Notes: generated by a model from the sequence alone, not told the origin. A DNA stretch of 64,000 nucleotides from Methanomassiliicoccales archaeon (GCA_050010535.1 JBEKKT010000019.1:4133-68132), one strand, 5' to 3'; shown: positions 1 to 11,234, counted from the first letter of the stretch. A program made the numbers and translations.

Positions 1-3000
1 CTTCGTAGATGATGAAAGCCTCATCAACAGTGGCGTAAACTCGGCGAAAGCCAACGAATAAGCCAGCGAGAATAGCAACTGCACCAACAAATCCTGCTGC
101 CCAATATTCTGGAGGAATTGGTTTCTCGATGACTATCTCGAATTCGCCGGTCGTGAAGTTGTTTTGGCTGGGATCGAGGGCCACGATCCAGAAGCTGATT
201 TTTCCACTTGAATTCTGAGAAGGGATTTGACCTTCGAACACATTTCCTGAGATCTTGGTCATTGGTGTAGAGTTCGTCTTGTCCCCATTTTTGAAATAGA
301 GGAAAGCAGTAACCTGACCGGAATTGTCAGTCACGGTTGCCGAAACAGTAATTGGCTTGCCAACAACAGCGGTCTGGATAAATGTGACGTTGCTAATGAC
401 GGGGGAAATGGTGTCTGGCGGAATGACTGTGACGGTTATCTTCTTGGTGATTGTGCCAATTGCCAAGTCATCATCCCTCACCTCAAGGGTGACATTGTAT
501 ACTCTGTTTTTGCTGAAGATGTGTACGAGAATAGGGTCTGAGGACCAGTTTTGCCAGTTTGTTCCATCGTCGAAGTTCCATCTATACATTAATAGAGGCA
601 CGTCGTGCGGTGTGTCCGTCGAGTGACTTGCATCGAATCTAACGACACCGTTGCCTACGGTTGTATTCGAGAAGTCCGCCGTCGGAGCGACATTCAATAC
701 GCTTATCCAGAGTCTTTTTTCTGTGTACCAGTCATCATCCCATACTCTGACAACGACCAAGTAGTTGCCTTTCTGCGGAAACGAGTGAGTGCTGAAATTC
801 AAAGGGGAACTATAATCCACAACAAAGTCCCCTGAGAAAGAGAAGTTCCATTCATACCTCACTATCGGCTCCCAGCCAGGTTCTGCTCTAACGGTAAACA
901 TTATGATTTGATCTTCATTGAAGGATGTGAGGCCAGACGTAGCGTTTAGTCCCAAGATGATCGGTGAATTCTCGTCGACTGTTATCTGCACCGCTTTCTG
1001 GGCTATCGCACCGTCGCTATCTCGGACAATCAATGTGACGGTGTAGTTACCATCATTCGCGTAGGTATGGGACGAATTCTGGATCGTTGAGCTATTTCCA
1101 TCACCGAAGTTCCAAGACCAGCTCACAAGAGGGTCAAGAACATAGTGAGCAGATGTATCGGTGAAGTTGACTTGTACGCCCTCCTTTGGATTGTTCGGGG
1201 CGTAGGTGAAATTCGCCACGGGGAGAATGTCCAACACACTTATCTCTTGCCAAGTCCTGTTAGATATGTGATCCTTATCCCAGACAGTCAGATTCACGCG
1301 GTACAAGCCAGAGAGATTGAATTTGTGCGTTATCGATGTTATGTTATTCGAAATTCCACCATCACCGAACTCCCACCGCCGCCAGATTATCGGATCGTAT
1401 CCTGGAACAGAAGTATCAGTGAATGTGATGGAACCTCCTTCCTTGATTGTCGAAGAGGAGTTCGTGAATGAGGCCGCTGGTCTTGTGTCAGCGATGTCGA
1501 TTCCCTTGTTTGTAGTGTTGATCGTGCCTTCGGTGTCGGTTACTCTGAGAGCCACCTGGTAATGTCCCCATTGAACATACGTGTGAATCGGATTCCGATT
1601 ATTACTGAATTTTGAGTCCCCAAAGCTCCAGTTCCAGCTCTCAATGGGATGAAGGGGGTAACTAGACAAATCGATGAACGAGACAGGCTGCCCTTCGATC
1701 GGGGATGATGGAGACCAGGTGAAATTGGCCACCGGATATGTCTTAAGGATTGTAATTGTGAGATTGCTCCAGTTCGACAGACCACCCCTGTCTGTCACCT
1801 CAAGCGAGACTTCATAAACGCCTGGTTTAAGGAAGCTGTGTGTCACCGATTCTCCCGTTGCGTTATCGGTTAAGTTGAATGTCCAAGAATATTGAAGAGA
1901 GCTCCGATCGGAGTAGGAATCGTTGCTGCCACTTCCGCTAAAGGTGATGTTCACTCCTTCTTTTTCCGTGTACTTCGAAGCGCTTGCATGGGCTACGGGG
2001 GCAAGGTTGTTCTGGAACCAGAGACTGAGAGAGAATGAGCTCCCTGATGAGGATGCGAAGTCCGCACGTCCATCTCCGTTGATGTCCTGAGCGATTAGAT
2101 CATTCGCCATCCCTCCAGTGGTGAAGTTCATGTTGTTTGTGAAGACACCGCTTCCCCGGTCCAGATACAAGGCGATTTCGGGAGGGTTTCGGTACGAGAC
2201 GATGAGGTCCGAAATTCCGTCGTCGTTCAAGTCCGTTGATCTAACCTTTAACCCCGTTTGATGAAGGTTGATGTTATACGTCCAGGGTTCTCCATCGTAG
2301 AAACCGTAATCGGGCTGGAGGAATACGTACGCCTTTGACGAATCGTTCGTCGCGCAAATATCCGATCTTCCGTCGCCATTGAAGTCACCAACAGCCATCG
2401 ACGTCAAGATTGATTTCGACCCAGCAGTGAGATTCACATCTGGGAACTGAGAGTAGTAGTGGCCGACTCCCCCCGAAGAAGAGCGGAAGAATAATTGAAT
2501 CGTAGAGCTTCCTTCGGTGAGCGCCGCAATATCTCCGTTCGTTCCGTCTCCATTGAAATCCCCGATGTAGACCTCGGTGACGTTACCGGTCAGTCCGGTT
2601 TGAAGCGTCTCGCTTAGGGAAGGGCTGAAGTATGGTTGTGTTTCATTGTTGTAAAGTACGACTATGCCGCCCTTGCAACCAACTACGATATCGTCCACTG
2701 GCAATTGCTGGACTCGTCCAGTGACGATGCTGGAAGGATATGTCAACGAGAGTGTGACGTTAAGGGAGGGGAAGCGCTGTGTGTAGATCCCGCTAGATCC
2801 CATATAAATGCTCACGGAATTCGACTGAGTGTTGGCAACCACAAGATCGTCACTCGTCCCGGGGTCAAACGCTCCGAAGTCAACGCCGGATGGATCGTTC
2901 TGAGTCGCCAATTTGTTATTCCTATCTGAACCCAGCTCAAAGATAAGTACATCGTTCGTCGAAGGTGATGTGGCGGCGATGGAGCACTTTCCGGTTTCAA

Positions 3001-4348
3001 AAGAGCCTGAAGCTAGACCGCTGGGAGGAGTGTAAGGTGCTATGAAATTCATATTTGCGTTGCCAATCTTGCCGGAGGAAGGGAAGAACTGTTCGATGGT
3101 CTCTTCCCCATTTGTCTCTCCTCTCGCAAGCACCAGAACGTCGCCGATTGTGGGGAAGGAACTTGCGATCAGGACCTTGACTACTCCCAGATTCACAGGG
3201 AATGTGTAATTTGGTTTCGAGTACCAGTTGTAGCTTGGGGACTCGAAGAACACTGACGCGTTGTTTCCGGCGCTCGATAAAGCGACCAAGTCTGTCGCGG
3301 CGTCCCCATTGATTTTGCCAAGAGCGATCGATGACAGACCAGAATAAGTCTGAATCAACTTGTTCGGTACCGATGGTAGCCCGCTTCCGGTGTTGTAATA
3401 TAAATGAATCTTTGAGAGTGAGGACTCTGCCACCGCCAGATCTACCCTTCCATTGCCCGCGATGTCAGCCGTCTGGATGTCGACAATCGGTCCCACGACG
3501 GTTATTGTGGTACTATTTGACCAAGGATCCGTGGCGATGAGTGGCTGTTCTATCCAAACAACATCAGAACCGTTCTTGTTCCCAACTATTAGGTCGGTCC
3601 TTCCGTCACCGTTTATGTCACCCTTTGCGAGCAATCTGCTGTTCGTGAGTCCGGGGATGCTTATGTCCGTCGAATTGGAGAGACTCCCGAACGGATAGCG
3701 CCAAATGGTCACGTGGTCATCGGCGGTCGAAGGGTTGCCACTGCAGACAACGGCAACGTCGTTGTGTGAAGTACCACCAAAGTGTCCGACGAGAAGTTCG
3801 TACGGGTCACTGCCATAAAGATCCTTCGTGGTTGACTTTGTCGGGTCAAACTTGTTGACCTGATATAAAATAGTAATCTGTGGGGAGGAAGAAGATGACA
3901 GGTGACTCACAACTATGTCGTCCTTGCCATCACCCAGGTCTCCTATCGCTATGTTTCTGGGATCTTTCATTGTTGTTGAACAATTGATTCTCCAGGCGGT
4001 TGTACTGAATCCGCCGTCAGTCGTGCCATTCAATATTGTTATGTAATCGTTAATGTTGCTGATGTTGCTGATCAGGGCTAGATCGGTGAGTCCATCCCCG
4101 TTAAGGTCTCCGAATGCGAAGTCCCTAGGCCACTGGTCAAATTTCGTCGCATTTGAGTAAGTATCAAAAACAATCCCCCTCTGGAATATGATGTTTGGGT
4201 CGTATTGGTGGGAAGGGCTGAAAAGTGAATTGCCAATCTGACTAGTCCCAGAGTTTGCGCCTTCAACATTGTCACCTATTGGAATGGGCAATGAGAATGA
4301 CACAAGTAGAAGAAACACGAGCAGACCCACCACGCCCATTTTCTTCAT
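1..4348 (-). CDS. Large secreted, membrane-anchored surface protein. 5' end complete, 3' end runs off the window (>=1449 aa in window). Contains a signal peptide, FG-GAP/VCBS-type repeats, at least 6 PKD/Ig-like modules and a C-proximal TM helix.
   Basis: Absent from the ORF track because there is no stop inside the window. Manual minus-strand translation from the ATG at 4348-4346 gives MKKMGVVGLLVFLLLVSFSLPIPIG (signal peptide). The frame was checked at 4348, at 2086 (..MANDLIAQDINGDG..) and at 4-2, all in the same phase, and no listed minus ORF shares that phase. DxNxDGxxD motifs occur across ~2050-4200. W-x-F-(G/D)-D-G PKD motifs recur about every 260 nt (590, 845, 1100, 1365, 1625, 1890). 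The TM segment PPEYWAAGFVGAVAILAGLFVGFRRVY lies at ~35-120. Confidence 0.85.
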   Translation of the reverse strand, partial: MKKMGVVGLLVFLLLVSFSLPIPIGDNVEGANSGTSQIGNSLFSPSHQYDPNIIFQRGIVFDTYSNATKFDQWPRDFAFGDLNGDGLTDLALISNISNINDYITILNGTTDGGFSTTAWRINCSTTMKDPRNIAIGDLGDGKDDIVVSHLSSSSSPQITILYQVNKFDPTKSTTKDLYGSDPYELLVGHFGGTSHNDVAVVCSGNPSTADDHVTIWRYPFGSLSNSTDISIPGLTNSRLLAKGDINGDGRTDLIVGNKNGSDVVWIEQPLIATDPWSNSTTITVVGPIVDIQTADIAGNGRVDLAVAESSLSKIHLYYNTGSGLPSVPNKLIQTYSGLSSIALGKINGDAATDLVALSSAGNNASVFFESPSYNWYSKPNYTFPVNLGVVKVLIASSFPTIGDVLVLARGETNGEETIEQFFPSSGKIGNANMNFIAPYTPPSGLASGSFETGKCSIAATSPSTNDVLIFELGSDRNNKLATQNDPSGVDFGAFDPGTSDDLVVANTQSNSVSIYMGSSGIYTQRFPSLNVTLSLTYPSSIVTGRVQQLPVDDIVVGCKGGIVVLYNNETQPYFSPSLSETLQTGLTGNVTEVYIGDFNGDGTNGDIAALTEGSSTIQLFFRSSSGGVGHYYSQFPDVNLTAGSKSILTSMAVGDFNGDGRSDICATNDSSKAYVFLQPDYGFYDGEPWTYNINLHQTGLKVRSTDLNDDGISDLIVSYRNPPEIALYLDRGSGVFTNNMNFTTGGMANDLIAQDINGDGRADFASSSGSSFSLSLWFQNNLAPVAHASASKYTEKEGVNITFSGSGSNDSYSDRSSLQYSWTFNLTDNATGESVTHSFLKPGVYEVSLEVTDRGGLSNWSNLTITILKTYPVANFTWSPSSPIEGQPVSFIDLSSYPLHPIESWNWSFGDSKFSNNRNPIHTYVQWGHYQVALRVTDTEGTINTTNKGIDIADTRPAASFTNSSSTIKEGGSITFTDTSVPGYDPIIWRRWEFGDGGISNNITSITHKFNLSGLYRVNLTVWDKDHISNRTWQEISVLDILPVANFTYAPNNPKEGVQVNFTDTSAHYVLDPLVSWSWNFGDGNSSTIQNSSHTYANDGNYTVTLIVRDSDGAIAQKAVQITVDENSPIILGLNATSGLTSFNEDQIIMFTVRAEPGWEPIVRYEWNFSFSGDFVVDYSSPLNFSTHSFPQKGNYLVVVRVWDDDWYTEKRLWISVLNVAPTADFSNTTVGNGVVRFDASHSTDTPHDVPLLMYRWNFDDGTNWQNWSSDPILVHIFSKNRVYNVTLEVRDDDLAIGTITKKITVTVIPPDTISPVISNVTFIQTAVVGKPITVSATVTDNSGQVTAFLYFKNGDKTNSTPMTKISGNVFEGQIPSQNSSGKISFWIVALDPSQNNFTTGEFEIVIEKPIPPEYWAAGFVGAVAILAGLFVGFRRVYATVDEAFIIYE

Positions 4349-4387
4349 TGGAACCACGGTCGGCTGCATTACAAACATCCTATTCAG

Positions 4388-4395
4388 TATATAAA
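4388..4395 (-). promoter_or_regulatory. Putative archaeal TATA box (TTTATATA on the minus strand) for the surface-protein gene
   Basis: AT-rich octamer 40-47 nt upstream of the ATG at 4348, in a 225-nt divergent intergenic region. It matches the TTTAWATA-type consensus. Confidence 0.4.
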
Positions 4396-4573
4396 TTTAT
4401 TTAGGTCTGGACAATTATTATTGCGACTGGATTCTCGGTAGACCTTTGAAAAAGAGACTCTAGTTGAGTGAAGTGTCTCCGGACCATTATCACCAACCAG
4501 AATCTCCTCGAATAATCAGCAACGAGAATTTGAAAATAAACCGTATATACCCACGAACTTGTGATGATTATCC

Positions 4574-4918
4574 ATGATGTTAGAAGGGATGGACTTCCAG
4601 ATTCCTCGTTTGACCTGCGACGAGGATACGGGACGGATACTTTCCTTCATCTCGTTGCGTCCCAGCTGCGTGAGGGAGATCTCTAGGATGCTCGGTATCC
4701 CCATGGCAAGGTGCTATAGGCGCATTCGGGAGATGGAGGAAAGGAACCTAGTGAAAAGGGATGGAGACAAGAGGGACGGAGCCGATGTGTACCGGTCGAA
4801 CCTGCGGTTCTTCCGATTGATGATCGAAGGGGAGCACCTCTGTCAGGAGCTTGAGTTCGAGGATGGCAGCAGGAAGACCTTCGATCTCGATGTCGGACCG
4901 TTGATGGGAGAGGCCTGA
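4574..4918 (+). CDS. Small winged-helix (ArsR/MarR-like) transcriptional regulator
   Basis: The 114-aa ORF contains ILSFISLRPSCVREISRMLGIPMARCYRRIREMEERNLV, an HTH pattern. The start is ambiguous among M1, M2 and M6. Confidence 0.6.
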   Translation: MMLEGMDFQIPRLTCDEDTGRILSFISLRPSCVREISRMLGIPMARCYRRIREMEERNLVKRDGDKRDGADVYRSNLRFFRLMIEGEHLCQELEFEDGSRKTFDLDVGPLMGEA

Positions 4919-5050
4919 CGATACCCACGAAAAGTCGGCTTGAGACAGCTCCTGCACGATGTGCTTAGCAGGAAAAGCCATCATCCAGATTCATTCATCT
5001 AGTACGTTCGCCGAACTGTTAAATATGGCACTGCTAGTATAGAATGCCGC

Positions 5051-6178
5051 ATGCGGACATCGATGCGCATGGGGACCATAATGGGCATCCCCATTTACTT
5101 CCACTTCACCTTCCTCTTCATCATTCCGATCTTTGCCGCTGTTTTCGCGTTCACCGCCGATAACATCTTTGGAATAGCTCTCGGCTACTACGGCCTTGAT
5201 ACCTCGCTACTTGCAAAGATGATTCTAGGTACGATTTGTGCTCTCTTGTTCTTCTTCACGATCCTTTTGCACGAGCTTGGTCACTCCTACGTCGCTCTGA
5301 GACACGGATACAGGATTCGTAGCATCACACTGCTGATTTTCGGAGGCGTGGCCCAGATGGAGGACACTCCCAAGAAGCCCGCCGTCGAAGGGTGGATGTC
5401 TTTCGTCGGTCCCGCAACCAGCTTCCTGATTGGCCTGATTCTCACGCCATTCTTCTTTGCAATCGAGGGTATGAGAGACCCGGGCGTTGGGCTTCAGGCT
5501 TTCCAGATAACGTGTGGCATACTGGGCTTTTATAACATACTGCTCGGCGCTTTCAACCTCATCCCGGCATTTCCTATGGATGGGGGAAGGATCCTTCGTT
5601 CGCTACTGGTGAGGAGAATGGGCATGCTGAGAGCGACGGAGATCGCTGTCAAGGTGGGAAGAGTCTTCGCAATCGGTATGGTCATCGTGGGATTATTTAC
5701 ACTCTACATTTTTGTTGTCTTCATCGGTTTCTTCATCTATGTCGGGGCATCAGAGGAGGAGAGCATAACGAAGTTCAACTTGGCCCTGGAGGGAGTCAAA
5801 GTGGAGGAAATCATGAACCCGGACGTCTTCTGGGTCGCGCCATCGATGACCTTGAATCAGGTCTTGGTGAGAATGATGCGAGAACACAGGACCTCGTTCC
5901 CGGTCGTCGAGGACAGATCCCTTGTCGGGGTCGTCTCGGCCGTCCAGATAGAGCATGTCCCAGAAGACAAGAGGGACAGCGTCACGGCAGGTGAGATTGC
6001 AGACCGGACTCCGGCCCACGTGAGAGAGTACGTCGACGCGACCGAGATCTTGAAGGCGTTATCGGACAAAAAGGACTTCGTTGTGGTCCTGGACGAACAC
6101 AACGAGTTCGTCGGGAGCATCACGAAGGACGAGCTCCTAAGCATTGTCACGGTCCTCGACGTCAAGAAGGGTCTTTAG
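5051..6178 (+). CDS. Site-2 protease family (M50) zinc metalloprotease with a C-terminal CBS pair
   Basis: HELGHSYVA (HExxH) in a TM helix, NLIPAFPMDGGRIL (the second M50 motif), several TM segments and a C-terminal CBS-like tandem region. Confidence 0.85.
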   Translation: MRTSMRMGTIMGIPIYFHFTFLFIIPIFAAVFAFTADNIFGIALGYYGLDTSLLAKMILGTICALLFFFTILLHELGHSYVALRHGYRIRSITLLIFGGVAQMEDTPKKPAVEGWMSFVGPATSFLIGLILTPFFFAIEGMRDPGVGLQAFQITCGILGFYNILLGAFNLIPAFPMDGGRILRSLLVRRMGMLRATEIAVKVGRVFAIGMVIVGLFTLYIFVVFIGFFIYVGASEEESITKFNLALEGVKVEEIMNPDVFWVAPSMTLNQVLVRMMREHRTSFPVVEDRSLVGVVSAVQIEHVPEDKRDSVTAGEIADRTPAHVREYVDATEILKALSDKKDFVVVLDEHNEFVGSITKDELLSIVTVLDVKKGL

Positions 6179-6196
6179 GGAACTGCTTGGATGCGA

Positions 6197-6478
6197 TCAC
6201 TGTTGTTCGTGGGCGGACTCGACTATCGCATAGAATTCCTCGGCAATCGCCTTGACATTCTCCTTGCTTTCGGCTGGGCTGACCATCATTCTGCCATTCT
6301 TGTAGAGGATTGTCTCTGTCCCACCTCTCGAGGCCCTCACCATCACACCGGGGTCCTTGACCTCGAATCCCTTCGATCTCAAGATCTCAGCACATCTTTC
6401 GAGGTCGTATCTGACGACCTCTAGGGGGACCACTGACATAGCATCCTTCTTGCAGAGACTAACGACTTTGAACCTCAT
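6197..6478 (-). CDS. Hypothetical small protein (93 aa), probably co-transcribed with the upstream kinase-like gene
   Basis: Clean ORF that overlaps the 3' end of 6459..7013 by 20 nt on the same strand. Protein-like composition, no family recognised. Confidence 0.5.
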   Translation of the reverse strand: MRFKVVSLCKKDAMSVVPLEVVRYDLERCAEILRSKGFEVKDPGVMVRASRGGTETILYKNGRMMVSPAESKENVKAIAEEFYAIVESAHEQQ

Positions 6479-7013
6479 GCTCGCTCAGTTCTCTCAGCAG
6501 CTCCTCGACGTCTCCTTTGAACTCATCGAGGGTACCTTCGTTCACGATCATCCTGTCAGCTAGTGCGATAAGGCTGCCCAGTCCCCAGCTCAGCTCACGG
6601 CGATCTCTTTCCGAGAATTGATCTCGGTTCTCAGGCGCATCCTTCCTGTTCCTCAACCGGAGCCTCCAATAACGGGTCTCCGGAGATGCGTGTATCGCCA
6701 TCACCACGACACCTTCTCCGAAAGCCTTCTTGAAGACCTCGAGCTCCGCCTCCCCTCGGCAGCCGTCGATGACGGTCATCTCGTTCTTCACTAGTTCGAC
6801 CGTTCTCTTTGCCCAAATGCCGTATCCGTACTTCTCCCTCTCCGAATGGGCGAACCCTCCTACGCTCTTGTCATCTGATGGGAGTCTCATTCTCGAGGCT
6901 TCCGCCCTGACCACATCCCCCATCCTGATGACCTCGAAACCCACTCTCCTCGAAACATCGACGAACTCCTCCTTGCCAGCTCCGGGCATCCCCGTGATTA
7001 TGAGCAACCTCAC
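6459..7013 (-). CDS. P-loop nucleotide kinase-like protein (archaeal UPF0200 / dephospho-CoA-kinase-like family)
   Basis: N-terminal MRLLIITGMPGAGKEEF Walker A, about 180 aa, with an overall pattern typical of the archaeal UPF0200 family. Confidence 0.7.
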   Translation of the reverse strand: MRLLIITGMPGAGKEEFVDVSRRVGFEVIRMGDVVRAEASRMRLPSDDKSVGGFAHSEREKYGYGIWAKRTVELVKNEMTVIDGCRGEAELEVFKKAFGEGVVVMAIHASPETRYWRLRLRNRKDAPENRDQFSERDRRELSWGLGSLIALADRMIVNEGTLDEFKGDVEELLRELSEHEVQSR

Positions 7014-7052
7014 GATCTCTCACCGCGCTACCTGAAGCACCATCTTTCCACT

Positions 7053-7310
7053 TCATCCAAGCAAGGACCTGGCTACACTGCCAAGTCTAGCCGGTTCGAC
7101 CTCAAGCTCCGTGCATGTCCTTATCGTTTCCGAGATTTGGCCTTTGTCCAAGCGGATTCTCGCCGCATACCTTGGACATACGCCGAGAACGAACACGAGC
7201 GTGATCGTCTCCTCTTCTCCCCCGTTCGGTGCGAAGGGGCTGAACACATCGGGCCGACAAGCCCCGGGCACCGTCGGAAGAGTGCTCACATTCATCGTCA
7301 TCCAGTCCAC
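7053..7310 (-). CDS. Hypothetical protein (85 aa; the start could be the internal MNVSTL)
   Basis: The ORF ends just before the AT-rich promoter region. The competing plus-strand ORFs run into the AT-rich repeat and look non-coding. No family recognised. Confidence 0.35.
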   Translation of the reverse strand: MDWMTMNVSTLPTVPGACRPDVFSPFAPNGGEEETITLVFVLGVCPRYAARIRLDKGQISETIRTCTELEVEPARLGSVARSLLG

Positions 7311-7341
7311 CGTGTTCGTCTTAATGATTTATTCATTATTT

Positions 7342-7375
7342 ATCATTATTCAGCATCGATCATTATTCAGCATCG
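7342..7375. repeat. Perfect tandem duplication of a 17-nt unit (ATCATTATTCAGCATCG x2) in an AT-rich divergent promoter region
   Basis: Read directly: 7342-7358 is identical to 7359-7375. Further TCATTATT-like partial copies precede it at 7325-7341. Confidence 0.9.
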
Positions 7376-7566
7376 GCGCGCCACGCTTGCGACGTCCCGT
7401 TCCATCTTCGGATTGAACCCTTACGCATCGCTACTCCGCGACATCTAGCCAGGGAGATTCCAAGAAAAGAGAAAGGGTTAAATGCACTTTCACTTATTTC
7501 TCAAAGAGCAGCCTTTATGCTGGGTGGGAGCATCAATCTGATCGGCATCGTCGGAGGAATGATCCG

Positions 7567-7956
7567 TTGCAGCCTGTGAAGTCCGTCGAGAATGTTCTTG
7601 AAGAGATTATTCTTGACCAATTTGTCAAAGATGCTCAAATTCAAAGCGTATCAATCGTCTCGAAGACGGGGCTGATGGTGGCGGGCAGGGCTACTCCGAC
7701 CTCGAGGGCTGAGACATTCTCTGCCATGGCTGCCATTATATTCTCCTCGGCCGAGTCCACGAGGACAGACCTCTTGAAGGACAAAGTAGATCACGTCATG
7801 GTCGCCTTCAAAAGCACGAAGATGTTAATCGCGGAGGTCAGCTCCAGCCTCTTGATCGTCGTCACGGCCGATAAGGCGGCGGACGATCAGAGAGTCTTGG
7901 ACGACATGCAGAAGGCCATCACGCGGACGAAGGAAGAGCTTGTCTGGCTCAGATGA
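7567..7956 (+). CDS. Roadblock/LC7 (MglB-like) domain protein
   Basis: 129 aa. SVSIVSKTGLMVAGRA...AAIIFSSAEST...LLIVVTAD matches the Roadblock/LC7 pattern. TTG start with a GGAGG about 10 nt upstream (7553-7557). Confidence 0.7.
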   Translation: MQPVKSVENVLEEIILDQFVKDAQIQSVSIVSKTGLMVAGRATPTSRAETFSAMAAIIFSSAESTRTDLLKDKVDHVMVAFKSTKMLIAEVSSSLLIVVTADKAADDQRVLDDMQKAITRTKEELVWLR

Positions 7957-7957
7957 C

Positions 7958-9766
<1,809 letters not shown>

Positions 9767-9876
9767 TCCTTCTGGCAACAAGCGCTTAACCCCGATTCTT
9801 CCTCTCGAAATCCTTATAAACAAGTGGTTATATATAGTTGTTGCACAACCGTGCAAAACCGATAGGAGTATGGTCT

Positions 9877-10104
9877 ATGAATAAAGAAACTCTGGATGCC
9901 AGGGGCCTCATGTGTCCAATGCCTATAGTGAAGCTAGCCAAGAAGTTCAAGGTGATGAAGGTCGGGGAAGTCCTGGAGCTGATCGCAGATGACGTCGGAT
10001 CCAAGGAAGACGTCCCTGCCTGGTGCAAGAGGACCGGGAACGAGCTCCTTGAGTCGAAGGAAGAGAACGGGGTATTCCGTTACCTCATTATGAAGAAGCT
10101 GTGA
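9877..10104 (+). CDS. tusA: TusA/SirA-family sulfur carrier protein
   Basis: 75 aa with LDARGLMCPMPIVK, the CPxP active-site motif of TusA. Confidence 0.88.
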   Translation: MNKETLDARGLMCPMPIVKLAKKFKVMKVGEVLELIADDVGSKEDVPAWCKRTGNELLESKEENGVFRYLIMKKL

Positions 10105-10113
10105 GGTGAACTT

Positions 10114-10474
10114 GTGGAGGAGTCGTTGATCATCAGCACCCACGCCGAGGATAACGCGGAGAAGGCTATATTGCCGTTCGTCATTGCGGTGGCCGCACTG
10201 GCGTCGGAAATGCAGCCTACCATCGCACTCCAATCGATGGGTGTCTACATTGCCACGAAGGGACACGCGAAGCTCGTCCACGAGTCGAGCTTCCCGCCCC
10301 TGGAGAATTTGCTCCAGTCGTTTACAGGGGGAGGAGGGAGGTTGATGGTCTGCTCCCCTTTGTATGAAAAAGAGGGGGATTGAGCCGAGCGATCTCATCG
10401 AGGACTCAGTCGTCGTGAGCGCCCCCACGCTAGTCAAGGAGATTGGAGAATCGAGGTCCGTGCTGACGTACTGA
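10114..10474 (+). pseudogene. DsrE/YrkE-like sulfur-relay family gene interrupted by a +1 frameshift at a G5 run
   Basis: Frame 1 gives MEESLIISTHAEDNAEKAILPF...LMVCSPLYEKEGD, then a stop at 10381. The next frame continues GIEPSDLIEDSVVVSAPTLVKEIGESRSVLTY, then a stop at 10472-10474, which is the expected family C-terminus. The junction is the GGGGG run at 10374-10378. Total length is 361 nt, which is 3n+1. Confidence 0.75.
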
Positions 10475-10508
10475 GTTTTGAGTGCAGACTATTGGAGGTT
10501 GGATTGAT

Positions 10509-10919
10509 ATGGATGACACAAAGAAGCTGGCCATTGTTGTTTCGGAAGGAGACATCGACAAGTCCATGATGTCTATGATGTTTGCAAACACCGCCGCGAG
10601 GAGGGGAATGGGAGTTCGCGTCTTTTATACATTCTTCGGACTCAACTTGATGACGATAGGCGCGAACCCGAAGCTCGCTGGCGTATATAGATTGTTCACC
10701 GGAGTGTTCCGGAAGAGGATGGCAAGGATCGGGATAGATGATGTCGTCGGCGAGATGCGGCTCGCCAAGGAGCTCCGCGTGAATCTGTGCGCGTGCGCCA
10801 CGACCATGGGCCTGACGGAAATCAAGGAAGAGGACATGATGGACGGGATCAAAGTGCTTGGAGTCGCTGGCTTCCCAGATATCGCTGTCAATTCGAAAGT
10901 TCATCTGTTCATAGGATAG
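10509..10919 (+). CDS. DsrE/DsrF/DsrH-like family protein (DsrE2-type)
   Basis: LAIVVSEGDIDK...FYTFFGL...NLCACATTMGL pattern. Start set at MDDTKK; the track ORF starts at 10482. Confidence 0.7.
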   Translation: MDDTKKLAIVVSEGDIDKSMMSMMFANTAARRGMGVRVFYTFFGLNLMTIGANPKLAGVYRLFTGVFRKRMARIGIDDVVGEMRLAKELRVNLCACATTMGLTEIKEEDMMDGIKVLGVAGFPDIAVNSKVHLFIG

Positions 10920-10926
10920 GGATACC

Positions 10927-11226
10927 ATGACCTCGGTCTTGTTCATCTTACTCAAGTCGCCCAACGAATACTCATCTCTCGATCACGTCGCGGCGATCGG
11001 CGGCGATGAGATGACTAGTGCAATCCTTTTCGAGGATGCTGTATACTTCGCGGTCGACAAGACGAAGGGCAAGGAACTGCTCGAAGTCACAGACAAGGTA
11101 TATGTTATCCAGGATGACCTCGCAGCACGAGGCTTCGGAACAGTGGCCGCAGGGTTCCAAGTGATCGATTACCCGACGGCGGTCGACCTGATCATGGAGC
11201 AGTATGACCAGACCATAACGGTGTAG
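10927..11226 (+). CDS. DsrH/TusB-like sulfur-relay subunit (contains no cysteine)
   Basis: 99 aa. MTSVLFILLKSP...AILFEDAVYFA...VYVIQDDLAARG is the typical DsrH/TusB pattern. Confidence 0.75.
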   Translation: MTSVLFILLKSPNEYSSLDHVAAIGGDEMTSAILFEDAVYFAVDKTKGKELLEVTDKVYVIQDDLAARGFGTVAAGFQVIDYPTAVDLIMEQYDQTITV

Positions 11227-11234
11227 GTGATTTG

